Shown here: positions 13,744 to 20,801 of the stretch, one piece after another
How positions within the stretch are numbered: the first letter of the stretch is position 1
Layout of the letters: each line of letters starts with the position of its first letter
IMG/VR virus record: IMGVR_UViG_3300010403_000015
Span: 1 to 41,446 of that record
Origin: a virus
DNA: 41,446 nt
Direction: 5' to 3' (one strand)
Position numbers and translations under genes: made by a program
Notes under the pieces: generated by a model
What the model was told of the DNA's origin: nothing
Seen by the model: the letters and a program-made list of their open reading frames with translations, nothing else
Databases searched by the model: none

Positions 13744-13767
13744 AGTGGACGAGCGGCGCGGTGGACT
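13744..13767 (+). promoter_or_regulatory. AGTGGAC plus GGTGGACT repeats on the other side of the core; candidate arm-type sites
   Basis: Same 8-mer and same orientation as at 13528 and 13540. Confidence 0.4.
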
Positions 13768-13867
13768 GCGGCGGGTGACCTACTTGGCGCCAACGGGGGC
13801 GAGGCGTAGACTCTCCAGCCGTGCACCGCGCGCGTCCTGCCGCGGTCCCTCCAGGAGGCTGATCCCC

Positions 13868-14155
13868 ATGAGTCTCAAGGCCCGCCAGAAAGCCGCCCAG
13901 CGTACCGAGGACACCATCGCCGCCGCCGCCGCGTCGTCGCCCAACCGCGCCTCGTGGGCGCCGCCCTTCCCGATCCCGATTCACGGGGTCGTCGACGGCG
14001 AACCCGCGCGGTTGATCATGCTCGGCGATCAGCCGGGGAGCTCGCCCGTCTACCTCTGTGTGGATGAGGACGGGAACAGCGCGATCGTGCCGCTCGTCGA
14101 TGTGACGATCACGGATGGGGCGTTCCTGCCGTTGCGGGTGAAACGCACGAAGTAG
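13868..14155 (+). CDS. Hypothetical protein (95 aa)
   Basis: ATG 13868 has AGGAGG 9 nt upstream. GC3 is high throughout. The 3' end overlaps the convergent DUF2513-like ORF by 106 nt. Confidence 0.55.
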   Translation: MSLKARQKAAQRTEDTIAAAAASSPNRASWAPPFPIPIHGVVDGEPARLIMLGDQPGSSPVYLCVDEDGNSAIVPLVDVTITDGAFLPLRVKRTK

Positions 14156-14523
14156 GTCACGGGAGGCCGGCGAGCGAACGCCGCGATCTTGAGCGCGAGC
14201 GCCTGGAGGAGCGAGAACGGCAGCGTGAGGCTGCGGTCCTTCAGCTCCGTCTTGAGCTTGCGCCAGACGCGGTCGTTGCGCACGGTGTCGAGAAAATCGT
14301 GGCCCTGCCAGGTGATCGACAGCGGGAGCGCGGTCGGACTCGCGTCGCCCAGCCCGGTGATCTCGCTGGCCGTCACGAGGTCGCCCTGGGCCATCAGCCA
14401 CACGTGATGGCCGATCACGTCCTGGTCGTACTTGGCGATCGTGAACGGGTGTGGCGCGAAGCCCGCCGCGTGCGCCTCCATCGTCAACAGGATCGCCCGC
14501 ACGAGCTCCATGTCTCGCTTCAT
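14050..14523 (-). CDS. DUF2513-like winged-helix protein (157 aa; the last ~40 aa may be read-through tail)
   Basis: The N-terminus MKRDMELVRAILLTMEAH... is typical of DUF2513, with a later WQGHDFLDTVRNDRVW segment. Confidence 0.65.
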   Translation of the reverse strand: MKRDMELVRAILLTMEAHAAGFAPHPFTIAKYDQDVIGHHVWLMAQGDLVTASEITGLGDASPTALPLSITWQGHDFLDTVRNDRVWRKLKTELKDRSLTLPFSLLQALALKIAAFARRPPVTYFVRFTRNGRNAPSVIVTSTSGTIALFPSSSTQR

Positions 14524-14533
14524 GGGCTGCAGT

Positions 14534-14962
14534 CTACAGCCGCACGAAGATCACCGGATAGGTGCCGTCGATGTACTTCACGCCGCCGAGGGTGAACCAG
14601 GCCGTGCCCTCGATCCGGTAGACGCAGTGCGTCACCGCGAAGTGCGTCGCGAAGGACAAACAGATCCCGTTGCGCACGTCGTAGCGGGTGGCTTGGTTCT
14701 CGCGCGGTTCGAGGTGATGCGCCTCGGCCCGATCGGGATCGAGCCGGCGCGCACTGACGACGCGCTTCCCCGTCCGTCGGTCCGTCCACTGATCGCGGGT
14801 CTTCACGGCGAGCGCCCACGCCCGGAGCTGCTGCGCGTCGAGCAGGCGTTTCGCTTTGTTCGCGATCGCGCGCGCGAGCTTCGTCGCGGGCTTCGGGATC
14901 GCGCGGGGCTTGGCGTGGAGCTCGGCGAGGGTCGCGAGGTGATCGACGCGGCGGCGGGTCAT
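14534..14962 (-). CDS. HNH-type nuclease (142 aa), second HNH in the genome
   Basis: AHHLEPRENQATRYDVRNGICLSFATH fits the H-H ... N ... H spacing. ATGA overlap upstream. Confidence 0.6.
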   Translation of the reverse strand: MTRRRVDHLATLAELHAKPRAIPKPATKLARAIANKAKRLLDAQQLRAWALAVKTRDQWTDRRTGKRVVSARRLDPDRAEAHHLEPRENQATRYDVRNGICLSFATHFAVTHCVYRIEGTAWFTLGGVKYIDGTYPVIFVRL

Positions 14963-15180
14963 CGGGAAACCTCAGGCTTCCTATTCCCATGTCGCCGCTG
15001 CGCTTCTTCGCAGTCCAACCGATTGCCTGACCAGCCATCGAAATGGAACGATGCGCGCACGCCGCAGCGATCACACGGACGCGCGTTGTCCTCGGCCGTC
15101 AGATCCTGGAACCGCTCCGGCACCGCGACCGCCGCGGGGGCGAGGGCCAGGCGGCGCTGGCTCGCGTGTTTGGTTCTCAT
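14959..15180 (-). CDS. Hypothetical small protein (73 aa)
   Basis: Internal ATG 15180 is in an ATGA overlap. Contains a CDRCG motif. Confidence 0.5.
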   Translation of the reverse strand: MRTKHASQRRLALAPAAVAVPERFQDLTAEDNARPCDRCGVRASFHFDGWSGNRLDCEEAQRRHGNRKPEVSR

Positions 15181-15509
15181 GGTCCGCCTTCGGCCTTCGC
15201 GATCGCGCCGGTGATCAGCTGCATCTCGGGCGACTGCTGATAGAGGGTCCACAGCTCCGCCTCGTCGACGGTGTGCCCGAACCCGTGCCAGATCCGGATC
15301 GCCTTGGCGGCGATCTTGAGCGCGTCGAGCAGCTCCGGCGCGGCGGCAATCAACGCGGCGTTCGCCTGGTCGCCGATCTTTACCGGGCAGATCACTTTCG
15401 TGCCCTGCCCGACCTTCGCGTACACCGCGATGTATTCCTGCGTCGAGTCGATCATCGTGGCCCACGGGCCGGGCGTGTGTCCGTCGCGCAGCTGAATCTT
15501 CCTCGCCAT
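15177..15509 (-). CDS. Hypothetical phage protein (110 aa)
   Basis: TPGPW ... ANAALIAAAPELLDAL is a pattern common in small phage ORFs. The junction with the upstream gene is TAAATG. Confidence 0.65.
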   Translation of the reverse strand: MARKIQLRDGHTPGPWATMIDSTQEYIAVYAKVGQGTKVICPVKIGDQANAALIAAAPELLDALKIAAKAIRIWHGFGHTVDEAELWTLYQQSPEMQLITGAIAKAEGGP

Positions 15510-15740
15510 TTAAGCCACATCCTTGACGGTGGTCAGGTCCACTTTCAGAAACGCTTTCGCCATCGTCCGGATCTCCTCCGCCGTCGTCCAGCGATCGCGG
15601 CGGTCGGAACATTCGTCGCACCACACCGATCGATCGTGCTCGCCTCTCGAATAATCCACCCCGCAGTCGTGGCACGAGGCGTTGGTCGGTCGCGCCTCGT
15701 ACGCGTCGGGATCGGGTTCGTCCGTCCAGGCGTAGCTCAT
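15510..15740 (-). CDS. Small zinc-ribbon protein (76 aa)
   Basis: Internal ATG 15740 is in an ATGA overlap. Cysteine pairs are CHDCG ... CDEC. Confidence 0.55.
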   Translation of the reverse strand: MSYAWTDEPDPDAYEARPTNASCHDCGVDYSRGEHDRSVWCDECSDRRDRWTTAEEIRTMAKAFLKVDLTTVKDVA

Positions 15741-15952
15741 GATCGATCCTCGAGGGCGAGCATGCGATCGACGCACGGCGCGCAGATCCCGTGGCTGATG
15801 CGGCCCGGCGCCTGGCGGTGGAGCTGCTCGAGCGTCACGCGGGGCGTGCACCAGGCACAGACGAGGGTGAGGGACGGCGCCGCGGGCGGCAACCCGGCCA
15901 GCAAGATCTCGGCGTAGCGGAGGACGTCGAGAGTGAGGACCTTCGGGACCAT
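15737..15952 (-). CDS. Small zinc-finger protein (71 aa); first gene of the attP-proximal leftward operon
   Basis: ATG 15952 is preceded by AAGGAAGG. Motif is CAWC ... SHGICAPC. Confidence 0.55.
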   Translation of the reverse strand: MVPKVLTLDVLRYAEILLAGLPPAAPSLTLVCAWCTPRVTLEQLHRQAPGRISHGICAPCVDRMLALEDRS

Positions 15953-16102
15953 GTGAGAGCCTTCCTTCGTTCGAGGGCAAGGCTCCCAGTAGAATCTGGC
16001 AGCCCGCTCAACTGAGTACGACGGTTGACGGGTTAGGCGTCGGTCGGTGTTACTAGCACCGGGCGGCGCCGCTTCTCTGACTCTGACTGCTAAGCCTACC
16101 AC

Positions 16103-16132
16103 TTGACCCCCTCAAGCGCAAGCGGGTATGAT
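16103..16132 (+). promoter_or_regulatory. Candidate promoter TTGACC, 18 nt, TATGAT, giving a (nearly) leaderless transcript
   Basis: The -10 ends 8 nt before ATG 16141, and no Shine-Dalgarno lies between them. Confidence 0.4.
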
Positions 16133-16140
16133 TCGCCACG

Positions 16141-16317
16141 ATGAAGAAGCGTCTATCGGCCGACGCGCTGGCGTACTTCCGGGAACAAGGCGCCCGCGGC
16201 GGAAAGATTGGTGGCAAACGGGCGGCGGCGCTCCTCTCCCCCGCCGAGCGGAAAGCGCGTGCGTCGAAAGGTGGCCAGGCCACCGCCCGGGCGAAGAAGC
16301 ACGCGAAGAAAGCCTGA
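16141..16317 (+). CDS. Small basic Lys/Arg/Gly-rich protein (58 aa)
   Basis: MKKRLSADALAYFREQGARGGKIGGKRAAALLSPAERKARASKGGQATARAKKHAKKA. GC3 is higher than in the overlapping 141-aa ORF-track frame. It is below the track size cut-off. Confidence 0.55.
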   Translation: MKKRLSADALAYFREQGARGGKIGGKRAAALLSPAERKARASKGGQATARAKKHAKKA

Positions 16318-16553
16318 TGCCTGAGTCCCCCGACTTCGATCAGATCGCGCGCGAACTATCGCTGGGCCTCGCCGTCCTCGGCGTGGCGGCGTACCGCGAG
16401 GCCTTCGCCAAGGATCTCGCCGAGCAACTCCGTCAGGTCTGGAACGCCCGCGGCGCCGCGGACCTCGCGAAGGTGGATGCCGAGATGGCCGCGTCGGCCG
16501 GGCACCCGCACGCGAAGAATCTCGATCGCGCGCTCCGGAGCCTGGACCGCTAG
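16317..16553 (+). CDS. Hypothetical protein (78 aa, helical)
   Basis: ATG 16317 is in a TGATG overlap with the upstream stop. Its stop TAG shares the palindrome CTAG with the stop of the convergent gene. Confidence 0.55.
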   Translation: MPESPDFDQIARELSLGLAVLGVAAYREAFAKDLAEQLRQVWNARGAADLAKVDAEMAASAGHPHAKNLDRALRSLDR

Positions 16554-17506
16554 GGGACTTCCAGCAGATACACGGTGCCTCGCACCATGTAGCAGGCGAC
16601 GCGGCCGGACGGATCGAGGGAGGCTTTCACGCGCTGGTCGTACTCGGTCCCCGCGTGCGCGCCATGTTCCACGAGCGGCGTCACGCCCGATCCGTCGAGC
16701 GCCACCAGGCTGATGTGCGTGTCGCTGCTCCAGAGGCACCGATCGCCACGCACCGAGACGTAGCCCATTCCCCAGGTGCTGAAGAGGATCACGCGCGCAC
16801 CGGTCTCCAGGTCCATCCGCACGCACGCCCCGATCTGATCGTCCTCCCCGACGACGAACCCGGCCCCCATGTCGGCGTGCCCGATCGCACCGTCCTCATC
16901 GCGCAGCCAGCGATCCGTGCCGCGCGCAAAATCGATGATGCGGTTGTCGAGGCGGGGCTTGTCGCGCTGAAAAGTTTCCTTAATCAACAGGAACCGGCCC
17001 GTGGCATCGATCGCGGATTCGTCGAGCTCGCCCTCGGCCCGGTAGAAGCGCTGCGCCTGCCAGCTGCCCACGACCGTGCCGATGGGCTGATACGGCCCCT
17101 CCGTGGTGAGTTGCCGCACCGTGGCCGAGTAGAACGAGCCGTCCTCGCTCGCATGCGGCTGCCAGAGATCACAGCCGGGATGGGTCTCGCTGATGTCGAG
17201 CACCACCTCGTCTTGACCGGGCTCGGTCGGCCCCACGCGGCGCAGTCTCGGCCCGTCGAGCACGATCAACCGGCCCTCACGGTCCCAGAACCAGCCTTCC
17301 CCTTCGCCCGTGTACGTCAGCAGCGCGCCGAGGCGGTCGACGGATCGTGATCCGATGTCGACGCGCCAGAAATGCACCGTGCCGTCCGCCTGGCCGTTGA
17401 ACACCACGACGGCGCCGTCGCGCACGACCGCATTGGCCCAGTACGAATATTGGCGGCGCTTCAGGTCGCCGTCGCGCTCGTCGGTCACTCGGAAGGGGGT
17501 CAGCAT
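16550..17506 (-). CDS. Beta-propeller-like repeat protein (318 aa); terminal cargo gene of the late operon
   Basis: Beta-rich, with recurring DG/GxxxF/W blade-like motifs and no signal peptide. GAGGAC lies 9 nt upstream of ATG 17506. The fold assignment is by eye only. Confidence 0.7.
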   Translation of the reverse strand: MLTPFRVTDERDGDLKRRQYSYWANAVVRDGAVVVFNGQADGTVHFWRVDIGSRSVDRLGALLTYTGEGEGWFWDREGRLIVLDGPRLRRVGPTEPGQDEVVLDISETHPGCDLWQPHASEDGSFYSATVRQLTTEGPYQPIGTVVGSWQAQRFYRAEGELDESAIDATGRFLLIKETFQRDKPRLDNRIIDFARGTDRWLRDEDGAIGHADMGAGFVVGEDDQIGACVRMDLETGARVILFSTWGMGYVSVRGDRCLWSSDTHISLVALDGSGVTPLVEHGAHAGTEYDQRVKASLDPSGRVACYMVRGTVYLLEVP

Positions 17507-17518
17507 GGAGGGGGTCCT

Positions 17519-17998
17519 CTACGAGTCGTCGGCGCCGTACATCAGGTTCTGCGCGATGCGCCGCGCCCAGCCCTTCCCCGCGGTCGGCCAGTTCTTCAGG
17601 CGCGTCAGGAAGTCGAGCCGTTCGCCGCACAGCCGCATGATGCAATCCGATTCGCTCATCGCCGCGGCCGCCGCCTGACTGACGGGGCCCCAGTGGCCAT
17701 CGTCCGCGACGCCGACGGCACTCTGGAGGTACCGGACCGCCGTCTCGATCCCGGAGTGGACCGCGAAATCGAAGAGCTGAAACGCGACGCCGTCCGGCAA
17801 CGTGTCGGCGTGGATCCGCTGCCAGAAGTCGGCGAAGTAGATCCGCTTGGCGTCGAGGCGGGTCAGGCCTTTGATGTCGACGGCCGGGTACGATCGTTTC
17901 GAGATCCCCCAGTGCGTCTCGCCGCCGGGATCGCCCTGGCCGTCGGTGTAGCCGCCTTCGTGGCCCATCAACCGATCGAACGCGACGTCGAACGTCAT
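17519..17998 (-). CDS. Endolysin, GH108 lysozyme with a PG_binding_3-like C-terminus (159 aa)
   Basis: FDRLMGHEGGYTDGQGDPGGETHWGIS is the GH108 signature. The C-terminus reads NWPTAGKGWARRI. ATGA overlap with the holin-like gene. Confidence 0.85.
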   Translation of the reverse strand: MTFDVAFDRLMGHEGGYTDGQGDPGGETHWGISKRSYPAVDIKGLTRLDAKRIYFADFWQRIHADTLPDGVAFQLFDFAVHSGIETAVRYLQSAVGVADDGHWGPVSQAAAAAMSESDCIMRLCGERLDFLTRLKNWPTAGKGWARRIAQNLMYGADDS

Positions 17999-18357
17999 GC
18001 CGCGGGCGGACTCGCGATCAAGGCCGGCACCGCGGGCAGCGCCGCCTGCGCCGTCTCCACCGCGTGGATCGAGGTGATGACCGCATCGATCCCATGCCCG
18101 GCGGCCTCGACCGCGAGCGCCGGATCGATCGTGCCGGGCTTGAGCGTGTTCAAGACGTGTGCGCCCTGCTCGACCTCGTGGAGCACGATCGCTTTCTTCT
18201 CGGGCCCGGTCTTGCCGGGCATCTGCTGCGCCTCGGCGATGCCTTTGATCATCACCGGGATGAGTGGCGCCAACACCGCGCCGCCCGGCGTCACCATGAG
18301 AATCACCGGGGCCACGGCGCCGAGAATCGCCAAGAATTTCCCGAAGTCAAATCCCAT
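17995..18357 (-). CDS. Holin-like membrane protein, LL-H-type architecture (120 aa; possible upstream GTG 18525 start)
   Basis: ATG 18357 follows GAGGGAGAGAG. N-terminal hydrophobic FLAILGAVAPVILMVTPGGAVLAPLIPVMI is followed by a soluble tail. It lies immediately upstream of the endolysin. Confidence 0.55.
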   Translation of the reverse strand: MGFDFGKFLAILGAVAPVILMVTPGGAVLAPLIPVMIKGIAEAQQMPGKTGPEKKAIVLHEVEQGAHVLNTLKPGTIDPALAVEAAGHGIDAVITSIHAVETAQAALPAVPALIASPPAA

Positions 18358-18521
18358 GTCGGTCTCTCTCCCTCTGTGTGTCGGGTGTTCTTCGCGCCAT
18401 TCTTCGCGGCGGACGATCTGCGCCAACGTGGTGAGCGTGATCGTCCGGCCGCCGGCACGTTGCCAACTGGCGATCAGCTGCAGCAACCGCTGCGTCGGGC
18501 GCTCGTCGACGGGGCCGCGTC

Positions 18522-19568
18522 TCACAGCGGATCGCCGTCCGGCCGGCGCGCGCCGTTCCCGTATCCGCTCATCCCTTTCCCGTTGTAGCTCGTCGTGCAG
18601 GTCAGCAGGTACCCGACCAGGTCGCCTTCGTCTTCCGAACAGCGGCCGTCGAACTGATCTTGCGCGGTACTTTCGAACGCCACGAGCGCGAAGTCTTTCT
18701 CGCCGCCGCCGCGCCGCGAGCGCCCCATGTTGCCCTTGCCCGTGTGGCCGCTGAACGGATCGAGCGTGTCCTTCATCTTGTCTTGGTAGAGCTGCGGATC
18801 CGTGCGGGCCATCGTCGTGTTGCCTTGATGATGCCCGCCGGTCAGGTACGGCTGCATCGCCGCCCACCAGGTGAACCGATCCACGACGTTGATCGAGCCG
18901 TATTCGTCGGTCCAGATTTCGCCGCCGGTCTTCCACCACGCCAACGCTTCGTTCATGTAGTGCGCGAACAGCGGAACGTCCTGGGGCAGCTTCTCGGCAA
19001 TGTACTTAATGATCTCGATCAGCTGGTTCCCTGGAGCGTTGTACTTGTCGAGCTGCCAGCCGATGCAGGAATGGTCGATGACGCCAGCCTCGAGCAGCTC
19101 GTCGATGATCCGATCCAGCTTCTCTTTCCAGAACGCCACGTCCTGCCGAAAGACGTGGCCCCACTCCTCGCAGAGGAACCACTCGTCGGCGAACAGGCCG
19201 TAGTCGCCTTGCGCCCTCTTCGAGAGTTCGATGTGATCGCGAACAGAATGCCCGTAGAAGATCGAGTGCCCAATTGAGCGCTGCAGGTGCGTGAAGCCGT
19301 CCTCGGCATACTGCTGGAGGTAGCGCTTCTGATTGTCGAGCGGGTAGTTGTCGAGCAACGCGGCCATCATCACGTCCGAGCTTCCGCCGGGCACGAGCGG
19401 CGCGCCGGGCATCTGCAGGCCGCAGAAGTTCCCCCGATAGAACGCGAGCGTCCGCGGCGGCGGCGGCACAAACGGCAACACGTGGTCATAGGTCACCGGC
19501 GCCGGGAACGGCCCCAGCGGCGCGCGGCGAATCGGCGTGAGGGTCGGTGCCGGTGGTCCCTCCGGCAA
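18522..19568 (-). CDS. Putative TIM-barrel glycoside-hydrolase-like enzyme (348 aa; TTG start uncertain)
   Basis: Alternating beta/alpha pattern with conserved-looking acidic positions (FADEWF, ALVAFE). Sampled 60-nt stretches are about 55-58% GC, visibly lower than neighbouring genes. It sits between the tail and lysis genes. Confidence 0.7.
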   Translation of the reverse strand: MPEGPPAPTLTPIRRAPLGPFPAPVTYDHVLPFVPPPPRTLAFYRGNFCGLQMPGAPLVPGGSSDVMMAALLDNYPLDNQKRYLQQYAEDGFTHLQRSIGHSIFYGHSVRDHIELSKRAQGDYGLFADEWFLCEEWGHVFRQDVAFWKEKLDRIIDELLEAGVIDHSCIGWQLDKYNAPGNQLIEIIKYIAEKLPQDVPLFAHYMNEALAWWKTGGEIWTDEYGSINVVDRFTWWAAMQPYLTGGHHQGNTTMARTDPQLYQDKMKDTLDPFSGHTGKGNMGRSRRGGGEKDFALVAFESTAQDQFDGRCSEDEGDLVGYLLTCTTSYNGKGMSGYGNGARRPDGDPL

Positions 19569-19572
19569 TCCG

Positions 19573-19857
19573 TCAGCGACGCCGAAGACTCACCGGGAGC
19601 GGCGGGCCTTGCAGGTTCGGGCGGGAGTAGACGCCGACGTACGGATGAAAGCCGTCCGCCTCGACGCGCACCGTGACGGCGTCGATCGTGGCGATCCCGT
19701 CCGCGTCGGTGATCGCCGGCGTCGTCGTCGAGTCGTCGACCTTCGTGCCGCCGCTGCCGAGCGCGACGCGCGCGCCGGCGATCGGGGGCCACGTCTCCTC
19801 CGCCGTCCCGTCGTCCTGGTGCGCGCGCACGACGATGCGCAGGCCGAGATCCATCAT
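19573..19857 (-). CDS. Small Ig-like/carboxypeptidase-regulatory-like domain protein (94 aa)
   Basis: ATG 19857 has AAGGAG 5 nt upstream. Motif: GARVALGSGG...TDADGIATIDAVTVRVEADGFHPY. Confidence 0.6.
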   Translation of the reverse strand: MMDLGLRIVVRAHQDDGTAEETWPPIAGARVALGSGGTKVDDSTTTPAITDADGIATIDAVTVRVEADGFHPYVGVYSRPNLQGPPLPVSLRRR

Positions 19858-19922
19858 CGACTCCTTGGCCGCCGTCGGCGGATCCGCGATCGAGCCTCGT
19901 CTGTCTGACGTCGTGACCCGGC

Positions 19923-20180
19923 TCACGGGGTCCGCGACGCCGCCAGTTTCGCCTCGTACGCGGCAATCACTTGCGGGGTCCATTCCAGCTGCGCGTGGGC
20001 CCGCACCCGCGCGGACGTCACGGTCGGGAGCGGCGTCGTGGGGACGAAGGCTTCGCGTTGATAGCGTTCCCCGATCACCGTGCCGTCGTCGTCCAGCACC
20101 CGCAGCACCCGGCGCACCTGAATCACGCCGTCTTCGAGGATCTCGATTTTGTCGATCACTAACTGTTTCGTGATAGCCAT
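19923..20180 (-). CDS. Hypothetical protein (85 aa)
   Basis: ATG 20180 lies 3 nt after the upstream stop. No motif recognised. Confidence 0.6.
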   Translation of the reverse strand: MAITKQLVIDKIEILEDGVIQVRRVLRVLDDDGTVIGERYQREAFVPTTPLPTVTSARVRAHAQLEWTPQVIAAYEAKLAASRTP

Positions 20181-20183
20181 TGG

Positions 20184-20792
20184 TTAGGCACTCGCGCGAT
20201 AGATCGCCGTGAAGCGGACGATCAAGGTGGACAAATCCGAGTTGAGTAGCGACGCGCCGGTCAGCTTGTAGAACAACACCTGGGTCCCGCCGCTCGTCAC
20301 CAACCCGCGGAAATCGGCGCTGTAATTCGAGTAGTTGATCATCGCCCCCGACGCGTTCGTCGTTTGGTTCGTGAACGGCAGGCCGCTGATCGTGGCTTGA
20401 CTGCCGTTCGCCGTGGACGGGTAGGTGATGTCGGCGGCGGCGTTGACGATTTGCCCCACCTTCACGTACTGAGCGGTGCTCACGGTCAGCGACAGCGAGG
20501 CCCCGCTCCCATCGGTCGGCGTCCACGTCCCTTCTTCGTAATCGTCCAGCGTGTTGGCGTCGGCCGAGGGCACCTGCGTCGCGGGGAACTTGAGTTGCCC
20601 GCCCGTGAGCGTGAGGAGCGCGCCAACGGTCGTGGCGCCGGACACGGTGCCGCCGGCGAGCGGCAGGAGGAGCGCCAGCGCCGTATCGATCTGATCGTAG
20701 AGCGTGGTTTTGTACGCGTTGTTCCAGACGGTCCCGGTCGTGCCGGATCCGTCGTCATCGGTCATCGCCGTGCGTGAAATCGTGACAGCCAT
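20184..20792 (-). CDS. Tail fibre-like protein (202 aa)
   Basis: AAGGAG precedes ATG 20792. TVWNNAYKTTLYDQID, LPLAGGTVSG and FPATQVPSADANTLDDYEEGTWTP are motifs typical of short phage fibre proteins. Confidence 0.7.
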   Translation of the reverse strand: MAVTISRTAMTDDDGSGTTGTVWNNAYKTTLYDQIDTALALLLPLAGGTVSGATTVGALLTLTGGQLKFPATQVPSADANTLDDYEEGTWTPTDGSGASLSLTVSTAQYVKVGQIVNAAADITYPSTANGSQATISGLPFTNQTTNASGAMINYSNYSADFRGLVTSGGTQVLFYKLTGASLLNSDLSTLIVRFTAIYRASA

Positions 20793-20801
20793 CGAGACTC
20801 C

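Noticed and set aside
13677-13760. A possible complete tRNA gene on the minus strand.
   Set aside because: Only the anticodon arm, variable loop, T-arm and 3' acceptor strand are present. The upstream sequence cannot form a D-arm, and the 5' acceptor pairs at only 5 of 7 positions. It is better explained as the attP copy of a host tRNA 3' half.
14534-14962. The second HNH as a homing endonuclease within an intron or intein.
   Set aside because: It is a free-standing ORF coupled to its neighbours, and no flanking gene appears split.
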